Assembly: GCA_030747485.1 (NCBI GenBank)
Contig: JASLKP010000005.1
Span: 6,006-70,005, forward strand
DNA: 64,000 nucleotides
Origin: Candidatus Thalassarchaeaceae archaeon
Lineage (GTDB): Archaea > Thermoplasmatota > Poseidoniia > Poseidoniales > Thalassarchaeaceae
Direction of reading: 5' to 3'
A program made the translations under genes and the position numbers. Of this stretch, positions 53,385 to 61,487 are shown in pieces (within the stretch, counting starts at the first letter, position 1; every line of letters begins with the position of its first letter). A model generated the notes under the pieces. That model did not search any database, was not told the origin of the DNA, and saw only the letters and a list, made by a program, of their open reading frames with translations.

Positions 53385-54983
53385 ATGGCAAAGCATCGGG
53401 CAGGCGACCGACGAATCATGAGCATCAGCATCCCAGAGGATCTTGCAGCAAGACTAGACAGGAGAGTCGGAAAGGGTCGAAAAGATGGACGTAGTGCGAC
53501 CATTGCCAAGATGATTCAAGATTCGTTAGATGGAAAGAACGATGTGAAATTTACTACAGCGATCGATGCAAAAGTTGCTACGGCGACATCTGGTGAAATG
53601 AGAATTGAAAAGGATACCATGGGCACCCTAGAGGTGCCTGCAGATCGATATTATGGCTGTCAAACGGCCCGTTCCCTCATCAATTTTGACATAGGTGAAG
53701 ATGTGATGCCCCGTGGCGTCATTCGTGCATTCGGCATTCTCAAACAAGCTGCTGCAAAAACGAATAAGCAACTTGGAACATTAGATGCCGAAGTTGCTGA
53801 TTTAATCATCGAGGCATCTGAAGAAGTGATTTCAGGCGCCCTAGATGGGCACTTTCCATTACGAATATGGCAAACTGGTTCAGGCACTCAATCAAACATG
53901 AATACCAACGAAGTCATTGCCAACAGAGCAATTGAGATTGCTGGTGGATCATTGGGATCCAAGTCACCAGTTCATCCCAATGATCATGTCAACAAAGCCC
54001 AATCGTCGAATGATACGTTTCCAACTGCAATGCACATTGCTAGTGCCGAGGAGATTCACCATACCCTATTGCCTCAAGTTCGGCATTTGCGAGATACATT
54101 GGAGTCCAAAGTAAGTGAATTCGCAAGCGTTGTAAAAATTGGCAGAACACACCTCATGGATGCAGTACCACTAACTCTTGGACAAGAATTCAGTGGATAT
54201 GTTGCAATGTTAAATGCAGATTTACGCCGACTAGATTTCATCCTTGACGATCTCTATGAATTGGCATTGGGAGGAACTGCTGTAGGAACCGGACTCAATA
54301 CCCATCCGGATTTCGCCTCGATTGTTGCAGAGCATATTGCAGAGAAAACCAACATATCATTCACATCTGCTGAAAACAAATTCGCGCAACTCGCAGCACA
54401 TGATGCAATTGTTTCTGCAAGTGGTGCACTCAACACATTAGCTGTTAGTCTGATGAAGATCGCCAATGATATCCGATGGCTAGGCTCAGGCCCTCGTTGC
54501 GGCCTAGGCGAATTATCCCTGCCTGCAAATGAACCAGGTTCAAGCATCATGCCTGGGAAGGTGAACCCGACTCAAGCAGAAGCAATGACAATGGTTTGTT
54601 GTCAAGTTATGGGTAATCATACCGCAATCACCATTGGAGGAAGTCAAGGAAATTTTGAACTCAACGTGTACAAGCCAATGATGATTCATAACCTCTTACA
54701 CAGCACTCGAATCTTAGCAGACACATGCAGAGCATTCACAGACAAATGTGTGACTGGGCTAGAAGCAAATGAAGATGTCATTCAAAGACATCTTGAGAAT
54801 TCATTGATGTTGGTCACTGCACTGAACAATCATATCGGTTATGACAAAGCAGCAAAGATTGCAAAAAATGCACATGAAAAAGGAATCACATTACGAGAAT
54901 CGGCACTTGAACTTGAACTCCTTACCAACGAACAATTTGATGCATGGGTAAGACCTGAAGAGATGACCGGCCCTCAAGCCTGA
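53385..54983 (+). CDS. fumC: Class II fumarate hydratase with N-terminal ribbon-helix-helix extension
   Basis: [42 protein letters not shown]; extra ~70 aa [15 protein letters not shown]...RSATIAKMI. Confidence 0.95.
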   Translation: MAKHRAGDRRIMSISIPEDLAARLDRRVGKGRKDGRSATIAKMIQDSLDGKNDVKFTTAIDAKVATATSGEMRIEKDTMGTLEVPADRYYGCQTARSLINFDIGEDVMPRGVIRAFGILKQAAAKTNKQLGTLDAEVADLIIEASEEVISGALDGHFPLRIWQTGSGTQSNMNTNEVIANRAIEIAGGSLGSKSPVHPNDHVNKAQSSNDTFPTAMHIASAEEIHHTLLPQVRHLRDTLESKVSEFASVVKIGRTHLMDAVPLTLGQEFSGYVAMLNADLRRLDFILDDLYELALGGTAVGTGLNTHPDFASIVAEHIAEKTNISFTSAENKFAQLAAHDAIVSASGALNTLAVSLMKIANDIRWLGSGPRCGLGELSLPANEPGSSIMPGKVNPTQAEAMTMVCCQVMGNHTAITIGGSQGNFELNVYKPMMIHNLLHSTRILADTCRAFTDKCVTGLEANEDVIQRHLENSLMLVTALNNHIGYDKAAKIAKNAHEKGITLRESALELELLTNEQFDAWVRPEEMTGPQA

Positions 54984-55026
54984 ACTGAGAAAATGTACTC
55001 TGGCGCTTGCGCGGCGCGCAATCATC

Positions 55027-55048
55027 AAAAGGTGAATTGGAAGGAAGG
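55027..55048 (-). terminator. Pyrimidine/U-rich tract, probable 3' end of the large ncRNA
   Basis: Minus strand reads ccttccttccaattcacctttt; archaeal transcripts commonly end at such tracts. Confidence 0.4.
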
Positions 55049-56309
55049 CCCCCTGTCCTCATGAGAGGAAGTTGGGAGTGCTGGCTGGCGGGTTCGAATC
55101 GAGTAGATCTTTCCCCGCCAGCCAGCCTCCGCATCCGTAATCCTTTCACCGTCCGAAAACGGTTTCCAAATTTCGGCCGGTTCGACCAATACTTGCGTAT
55201 CTGTCGTTCCTCAAGACGCCCGATACAGTTGCCTGTTTCGGTTCCTGATGCGTCGTCTAGTATCCGGAGATACCGTTCTATTCATCGGTTCCTAGTTCGG
55301 ATTGCTCCGTTCTAGCGTCTCATAGTGATCTGCGCACCTTTCGATTTGCATCTCACCCCCTAGTTCACTCCATCTTACGATTTTGTTCACCTGGAGAGGG
55401 AGTTGGGAGTACTAGTTGGTGGGTTCGAATCGAGTAGATCTTTCCCCACCAACCAGCCTCCGCGTCCAAGACCTTTTCACCGCCCGAAGGCAGTTTCCGG
55501 ATCCCGGTCGGGTTAGCTCAGCGCGGAAGCGCTGGCCTTCCCTCAGAACGCCCAGTACAGTTTCCTGTACTGATTCCCATCGCTTTGTCCAGCGTTCGAA
55601 AACGCCTTCCTCTTCGATGTTCCCGACTTGGATTGCTCCTTCGGATTTCTCCTCGCCGGCGCCCTTGGGTGGTCGCGTCCCTTTCGGTTCGCGCCAAACT
55701 TCAGTTTCACTCCTCCTTTCGGATTCGATCCCCTGAAGCGGAAAGTGACATCTCTGTCACCCCCTCCCCTTCGGATGAGATTGAGGTCTTACGACCCGAC
55801 CTCACCCAGGGGCGGTTTCAACCGAAGTCTCCGCCGTCCCTCGGCAGTTGATCCAGTATTGCTACCTTTTCGACCGCGCACAGGAGTGTGGCCATAGGTC
55901 GTGACAGGTCGGCTTTTCGCGATTGAGTTCTTCAGATTCTGATTGCTCTAGGTCGCTGAGGTCACCTTACGGCTTCCAGTGTTTCCCTTTGCGTTCTTCT
56001 TCCTCGGAAATCAATCACTATTTCCTCCCTGTTCGGTTCCCGCTCTTGCGAGCGACCGTGTCCCTGTGATGTGTACTCAAGCCCAGCTCTCATACACGTT
56101 CACAGATGATCTCCAACATAATGCAAGCACGATGTCTTTGTTCTCCTGTAGGCCTGCGCCTGAGTGACATTACTGCCACGCGCACGCCCCACCTTTCCCA
56201 ATCTAAAGATCGAGTCTAGTGGCCCACTGCCGTTTCCCGATAAGGGTCCCTTGTGGGCTGGGGCCTGCCGGTAATGCTGGGCACTCCGACACCACTTCTC
56301 GGAAGCGGC
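55030..56309 (-). ncRNA. Large (~1.27 kb) structured non-coding RNA of unknown class
   Basis: No credible CDS; GC-rich, with a purine-rich minus strand; many GNRA/UNCG tetraloop hairpins; G-U wobbles that work only on the minus strand; covarying duplicated domain; upstream BRE/TATA. Ends are approximate. Confidence 0.8.
55063..55735. repeat. Tandem imperfect duplication: unit A 55063-55393 (331 nt), unit B 55394-55735 (342 nt)
   Basis: Identical 27-mer gggttcgaatcgagtagatctttcccc at 55090-55116 and 55421-55447; colinear shared blocks (agttgggagt, cagcctccgc, tttcaccg, acgccc, tacagtt, ggattgctcc, ttcactcc, cctg). Confidence 0.93.
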
Positions 56310-56332
56310 AAGCATCCCGTGTTCCGGCGCGT

Positions 56333-56347
56333 TCGATAAACCTTTCG
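56333..56347 (-). promoter_or_regulatory. Archaeal BRE plus TATA-like promoter for the large ncRNA
   Basis: Minus strand cgaaagg-tttatcga within an AT-rich spacer, ~30 nt before the first GC-rich hairpin (predicted TSS ~56309). Confidence 0.6.
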
Positions 56348-56440
56348 TCGAATTTCGTACTTTTTCGATAGGAAATGAGGGTTAGTGTGATGTTTTTCCA
56401 TTGAAATGGAAATTCGATATTGTTAACTTTTGGACGTTAT

Positions 56441-57601
56441 TTATCCTCGTAATGCTCGAAGTTTTGCCGCCATTACTCGGCGATTGTCATGAGATTCTGT
56501 AGGATCTGATGGCGACTCCAAGCGGCGTGCGAGTAAATCCCCCTGAATGAGATAAAGTGTGCCATCGTCAAAACCAATGGTAAGATGCTCAGAATTGGCT
56601 GTGCAAACATTTGCGCGAAATGATGCTTCAAATCTGGCTTCAGGAGTGCCTTCCATTTCAGATCGAATTTCAACGATGGCAGAGGTTAGGTCCCATGATA
56701 GAATCCAAACGGATGGAGTTCCACAAAGATTTGGACCATCAATAACGTGTTCCACACTACGGCCCTGTGGTGTTTCCATTTGCCATCGAAGATGGCCATC
56801 AAGGTCGTATGCACGAGCCAGTCCCTCCGCACCTCCAAAACCTGCACCTGCAGTGCCAGATTCAATTGTAGAAGCTACGATGAGGCCGTTAGGAGTGCTA
56901 CCCAAACTCTCGATTGATCCTGGTTGCTTCGCGAAGGGACCCTCATCTAGAACCATACCTCCCTCAATACATGTTAGAGATCCATCGGCATGACCAATGA
57001 CGGTATTTGCACGGCCAACCAAACCACATGTTGCTGGAGCATCAGATGGTAAGGGGAACCAATGTAATCCTTCAGAATCTGAACGAATCATTCCACAACG
57101 AGGGCGACCTAATGCCAGATGCGCGACACCATCGCCCCTCATTTCAACCGACCAAGGGCGTTCATTGATTTCATCTTGTTGCAATATTTCACCATTCTCA
57201 TCAAATCTCCAAATGGTAGACTCCATGAAATCATTGACCTCAATATCGAAGACTGATGATGTGGCAATCACATGTTTGCCATCAGGAGTGCACGCAACAA
57301 GATCCGAACTACCTTCTAATTCAGCACTCCAATTAATCGTCCCATCAATAGAATTCAAACAAACCAAATCTCGCCCACAAATAGCATACACATATTCTCC
57401 ACCTCTTGCAAAACCTGAAACGCGGTTACTAGTTTCTGCATTCCAAATTTCTTTGCCTTCAAGATTCCAACAACTAATGTGTCCATCCCAATCTCCTGCA
57501 AGAAGATGGTTGTCATCCAAATGTAATGCACCCACACCTGCAGGCATGGTTCTCTCAAACCACGCCACGTCACTCAAATCACGGAGAGGGGCTTGCTCCA
57601 T
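56441..57601 (-). CDS. PQQ/WD40-like beta-propeller protein
   Basis: Repeated blades (LLAGDWDGHISCWNLEGKEIW, DGTINWSAEL, YDLDGHLRWQ, IGFDDGTLYL); no signal peptide; basic C-terminal helix. Confidence 0.78.
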   Translation of the reverse strand: MEQAPLRDLSDVAWFERTMPAGVGALHLDDNHLLAGDWDGHISCWNLEGKEIWNAETSNRVSGFARGGEYVYAICGRDLVCLNSIDGTINWSAELEGSSDLVACTPDGKHVIATSSVFDIEVNDFMESTIWRFDENGEILQQDEINERPWSVEMRGDGVAHLALGRPRCGMIRSDSEGLHWFPLPSDAPATCGLVGRANTVIGHADGSLTCIEGGMVLDEGPFAKQPGSIESLGSTPNGLIVASTIESGTAGAGFGGAEGLARAYDLDGHLRWQMETPQGRSVEHVIDGPNLCGTPSVWILSWDLTSAIVEIRSEMEGTPEARFEASFRANVCTANSEHLTIGFDDGTLYLIQGDLLARRLESPSDPTESHDNRRVMAAKLRALRG

Positions 57602-57640
57602 CGTTACACTCACACCCCCACTAAGCAATGAGAGTTCGCC

Positions 57641-59152
57641 TTAGGCTTTAATTCCATATAACCGCTCAATTTTTGCTCTGAGATAATCAATGAATGGTTG
57701 CGGAGAGGGAGATGTCCCGGTAGCCTCCTCAATGAGATCAGATGGAGATATGATGCTGCCTCTCGCGTGCACGCGCGAGCGCATCCACTCAAGAAGGGGA
57801 GTGAATTCTCCTCGCGACCACATCTCTTCTAGAGACTCTGTGGATTCAAGATCGTGGCGCGCCGCTAAGAGTAATTGTGCACTGTAGAGGTTTCCAAGCG
57901 TGTATGTTGGGAAGTAACCAAACGCACCCATTGACCAATGGATATCTTGTAATACGCCCTGAGTATGATTTGATGAACGGATACCGAGATACTGTTCGTA
58001 CATGTCATCCCATGCATCTGGTAAATCATCGATGGCCAAATCACCATTGATGAGTTGCTTCTCAATTTCATATCGAATCATAATATGAAGATTGTAAGTG
58101 GCCTCATCTGCCTCTACCCGAATAAGGCTCGGTTCAACCAAGTTAACACTACGCCACAACATCTCTCCAGTTACACCGTTCATATTCTCTGGAAAGTGCT
58201 TGTTCCAATGAGGTAGGGCCCATTCGCTAAATGCAAGAGAGCGCCCAACTTGATTCTCCCAAAGGCGACTTTGTGATTCATGAACCCCTAAACCATCTGC
58301 ATGCCCAGCAGGTTGGAAATCCAAATGCCGTGGACGACCTTGCTCATACAATCCATGCCCAGTTTCATGAAGAGAACCATACAGTGAACCGAAGGGTTCA
58401 GCCTCGTCATATCGAGTTGTCCATCGGACATCATCAGGATTGGCTCCACCACAAAATGGATGTGTTGACTTATCACGACGCCCTGCATCGAAATCAAACC
58501 CAATAGATTCCGAAATACCGTGAGACAATTGTGCCTGATCCTCTTCATTCCAGGTGTGGGAATTAATCCAAGACATGTCAGGAGATTCGCAATTTCCAAC
58601 GGCTGCAATCAATGGAACCAATGCTTCACGAAGCCCTGCGAACAATGGATCCACCTGTGCTACACAAAGACCAGATTCGTAGATGTCAAGTAGCGCATCG
58701 TACGGATTGTCATCGTATCCAAGATACTCTGCAAGTTCACGATTAAGTTCAATCATCTCAGCGAGGTCATCTCGAAAGATAGAGAAATCATTCTTTTCTC
58801 GTGCCTCTGCCCATGAAACAATAGATTTGGATTTGTGGCGTGCAAATCTCTCGACAAAATCAGCCGGTTTCTTGGTGGCCTTGTCGTAGGCATCTCTAAT
58901 CAAACGAAGATTTCCTGCCGCCACTTCATCACCAGCACCTTCGGATTCAGCTGCTGCCAATACATCACCCATACTAGTTTCAACCATCATAGAATGACTG
59001 GTCCTGGATAACCATGCTAACTGTTCTGCACGCAATGGTGCAGCCTTAGGAGGCATCATGACTTCCTGATCCCAGCCGAGGAGGCCCTGAATTTGACCTA
59101 CAGTTTCAATCTCTTTCATCCGCGACATCAGTGCTGCGTATGCATCGCCCAT
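57641..59152 (-). CDS. Carboxypeptidase M32 (Taq-like)
   Basis: LLGWDQE, HPF, HETGHGLYEQG, HESQSR, IRVEADE, QDIHW, GYFPTYTLGN. Confidence 0.95.
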   Translation of the reverse strand: MGDAYAALMSRMKEIETVGQIQGLLGWDQEVMMPPKAAPLRAEQLAWLSRTSHSMMVETSMGDVLAAAESEGAGDEVAAGNLRLIRDAYDKATKKPADFVERFARHKSKSIVSWAEAREKNDFSIFRDDLAEMIELNRELAEYLGYDDNPYDALLDIYESGLCVAQVDPLFAGLREALVPLIAAVGNCESPDMSWINSHTWNEEDQAQLSHGISESIGFDFDAGRRDKSTHPFCGGANPDDVRWTTRYDEAEPFGSLYGSLHETGHGLYEQGRPRHLDFQPAGHADGLGVHESQSRLWENQVGRSLAFSEWALPHWNKHFPENMNGVTGEMLWRSVNLVEPSLIRVEADEATYNLHIMIRYEIEKQLINGDLAIDDLPDAWDDMYEQYLGIRSSNHTQGVLQDIHWSMGAFGYFPTYTLGNLYSAQLLLAARHDLESTESLEEMWSRGEFTPLLEWMRSRVHARGSIISPSDLIEEATGTSPSPQPFIDYLRAKIERLYGIKA

Positions 59153-59222
59153 GGTCTGTCCGAGTCGTCTTCATCCTCAAACCCACCGCTGAACGAATTA
59201 GAGATTTATTGGCATGAGTGCT

Positions 59223-59648
59223 TCAACAGCAACCCGTGGTTCGCATTGGAGCCACAATAAATTCAACGCGATCAATATCTTGTGTGTTTTTCAAGGAATC
59301 AATAATTGTCCGTATCATTCCAGCCTTCCCATTCAGTTGCATCGTATCGACACAAGTGTGACTCTCGGTGAGACAATTGTGGTGATAGGAATTTACAGTG
59401 ATTGAATGCGTGTGTCTCAATTCCATTAATTTGTTCTCCACACCATGCTGATAATAGATGACCAGCGTGCCCTCAATTTTCTCATTCTTGTCCATGGTGT
59501 TCAAGTCACCACGTCGTGTTGCTTCGGCAAAATGAATGGTTGCATCTCGAAGAAACATACTCCGATTTTTGTATCCTGAATCTACAATCATGCGATCTAA
59601 TTCGTCTGCGAATTCTTTGTCGGTACTAAACGAAAATACTCGGCTCAT
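59223..59648 (-). CDS. NikR-family metal-responsive regulator (RHH plus ACT-like domain)
   Basis: SRVFSFS..ELDRMI..SGYKNRSMFLRDA, GTLVIYYQH, RH, HHNCL..HTC, C-terminal CC. Confidence 0.82.
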   Translation of the reverse strand: MSRVFSFSTDKEFADELDRMIVDSGYKNRSMFLRDATIHFAEATRRGDLNTMDKNEKIEGTLVIYYQHGVENKLMELRHTHSITVNSYHHNCLTESHTCVDTMQLNGKAGMIRTIIDSLKNTQDIDRVEFIVAPMRTTGCC

Positions 59649-59710
59649 AATTTGTTCACATAGATGTAATTAATAACATTTTTTAAATATGTAATAAAAA
59701 ACGGCGAGAC

Positions 59711-60865
59711 ATGGCCACAAATCTAATTGCATTTGCAATAGCGACACTATTCATTGGTCTAGTATGCGGTTTAGCACCAATTTTCACTAAACTAAAAGAC
59801 GATAAAAACAGATTGAAGCAACTGACTGGGATTGCTGCTGGAATTATTATTGCATCAGCAATGTTGGTTGTGATTCCAGAAGGTTATGAATTGGCGATGA
59901 CGGATGGGCATGAGGTGTCAGAACATGAAGAAGAATATGCATTGGCAGGTTCTGTCGCATTGGTCATTCTCGAAGTTGATCATGGAGATATTACCGCTGA
60001 AGAAGGTATCGAGGAAATTGAAGGATTGATTGGAGGCCATGAACATGGCGAAGAGGGACATGAAGAAGATGGCCATGAAGACCATGGGCACGATTCAGAA
60101 GCAAGTTTGTCAGATTCTATTGCAGCCGTAATTGAAAAGGTTGAAGATGGTGACTTCAATGCGACAACCGGAATTGAAGAAATTGAAGATTTGATTTCAT
60201 CTCATGGACACGAAGAAGAGGCTCACGGACACGAAGAAGCATCCCATGATGACCACGTAAGTGGGTTGTTGATGGGTGGTGCAATTATGGCCGGCTTCCT
60301 CCTGATGTTTGTCCTTGAAGGTTCAGGAATTGGTCACGCCGTTCATGAAGAACATCATGATCACGATCATGAACACGGGCACGGACACATACATCACGCA
60401 GCTGCTGGTGGGTTACTGGTGTTTGGACTCACATTGCATGCGGCAACCGATGGAGTTGCCATTGGTGCAGCCGCAGCGACTAGTGATTTTGCCTTGACCA
60501 TGACCGTGTTGCTAGCTGTTTTGATTCACAAAGGTCCTGCGGCATTCAGTTTGGGTGTATTTTCGATGCATGAGAGAGATGAGAGAAAGGATTCGATTCG
60601 AGACGTTGTCATCTTTTCATTGGCAACGCCTGTGATGATTATCATCGCTGGTCTTGCCCTTGCAGAACTTGAAACCCACATGATTGGTCTAGCAATGCTA
60701 TTCTCTGCAGGAACTTTCCTATATGTGGCAACAGTCGATACTCTCCCTGACATCCACAATCCCGAATCAGGAAAGAAAGCGATGACTCAGGTCCTAATTG
60801 GTGTTGCAATTCTTGTTGTTTTACTACTGATTGCAAATACATTGGATCTCGGACATGCGCACTGA
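59711..60865 (+). CDS. ZIP family metal transporter with His/Glu-rich insertions
   Basis: IAAGIII..IPEG, LTLHAATDGVAIG, LIHKGPAA, FSAGTFLYVA..LPD. Confidence 0.92.
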   Translation: MATNLIAFAIATLFIGLVCGLAPIFTKLKDDKNRLKQLTGIAAGIIIASAMLVVIPEGYELAMTDGHEVSEHEEEYALAGSVALVILEVDHGDITAEEGIEEIEGLIGGHEHGEEGHEEDGHEDHGHDSEASLSDSIAAVIEKVEDGDFNATTGIEEIEDLISSHGHEEEAHGHEEASHDDHVSGLLMGGAIMAGFLLMFVLEGSGIGHAVHEEHHDHDHEHGHGHIHHAAAGGLLVFGLTLHAATDGVAIGAAAATSDFALTMTVLLAVLIHKGPAAFSLGVFSMHERDERKDSIRDVVIFSLATPVMIIIAGLALAELETHMIGLAMLFSAGTFLYVATVDTLPDIHNPESGKKAMTQVLIGVAILVVLLLIANTLDLGHAH

Positions 60866-60876
60866 ATGCATAGATT

Positions 60877-61407
60877 CTAGGCGTAAGGAATTGGTGGCCT
60901 CAAGCCTGCTGAATTTCCATTGTCAGGGACTGGCCCGTATTGGTTTGGGTGTTGGTCCCCTTCTTGACAAAACACAATCAGATTGTAAAATGGTACCAAC
61001 TGCCACCAACCCGACAAATCATTATCGTGCATTCGTCGAGCACCTGAACAAATTACTGCGGGCCAAACTGGCAAGTAAAATAGCATACTGAATACGTTGG
61101 CATAGATTTCCACTTCCATATCCGTATCACCAATTAAGAATGCGAGACCAATTGCAAGGCCCTGAGATACTATGCCATAAATTCCTGTGAAAACCCAAAA
61201 CCACCAAAATTCTGACCTTGATGCACGACCTTCGAGTACGAATGATTTACTCATGCAGGTCCATATGGCTGCACTGAAGGACATTGCTTCGAGGGGACGA
61301 CCCATTCCAACACCAACAGAGGTTGTGGAAAATGGTGACATTACTTCGCCAATAATGACTGTTTGGGGCTGTCCACTCTGGCCACTTTGCATGACATTGC
61401 TAATCAA
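60877..61407 (-). CDS. DUF805 family membrane protein
   Basis: GRASRSEFWWF, ARRMHD..SGWW, N.YGP; start uncertain. Confidence 0.88.
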   Translation of the reverse strand: MISNVMQSGQSGQPQTVIIGEVMSPFSTTSVGVGMGRPLEAMSFSAAIWTCMSKSFVLEGRASRSEFWWFWVFTGIYGIVSQGLAIGLAFLIGDTDMEVEIYANVFSMLFYLPVWPAVICSGARRMHDNDLSGWWQLVPFYNLIVFCQEGDQHPNQYGPVPDNGNSAGLRPPIPYA

Positions 61408-61487
61408 TCACATTACTTCTAATTGATGCAAAACTCACAGGTTATTCGCGGAGAAGATTGATGTGTACCTTGTCACGACCAAAGGTC

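Noticed and set aside
55007-55021. Palindrome ttgcgc-ggc-gcgcaa after fumC
   Set aside because: Short, with no U-tract on the + strand; may be a boundary hairpin but cannot be supported as a separate feature
55090-55101. GGTTCGAATC resembling a tRNA T-arm (also at 55421)
   Set aside because: No cloverleaf, T-stem or acceptor stem around it; tetraloop polarity points to the opposite strand
55063-55735. CRISPR array or IS/MITE
   Set aside because: Only two copies ~331 nt apart with homologous intervening sequence; no cas genes, transposase, terminal inverted repeats or target duplication
55040-56186. Group II intron (minus-strand GUGCG near 56185; CUACUCGAU resembling a domain VI end)
   Set aside because: No domain V with an AGC/CGC triad and AY bulge, no RT ORF and no interrupted gene; CUACUCGAU lies inside a hairpin loop and occurs twice
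55030-56309. RNase P RNA, SRP RNA or rRNA
   Set aside because: I could not find the RNase P GAGGAAAGUCC/CR-V motifs, the SRP helix 8 motif or universal 16S/23S/5S signatures by eye; an Rfam scan is still needed
55007-56401. Short ORFs (60-106 aa) on both strands within the gap
   Set aside because: They are S/P/R-rich with no recognisable motifs. The two repeat units differ by 11 nt in length, so frame is not preserved, and their substitutions preserve base pairs rather than codons.
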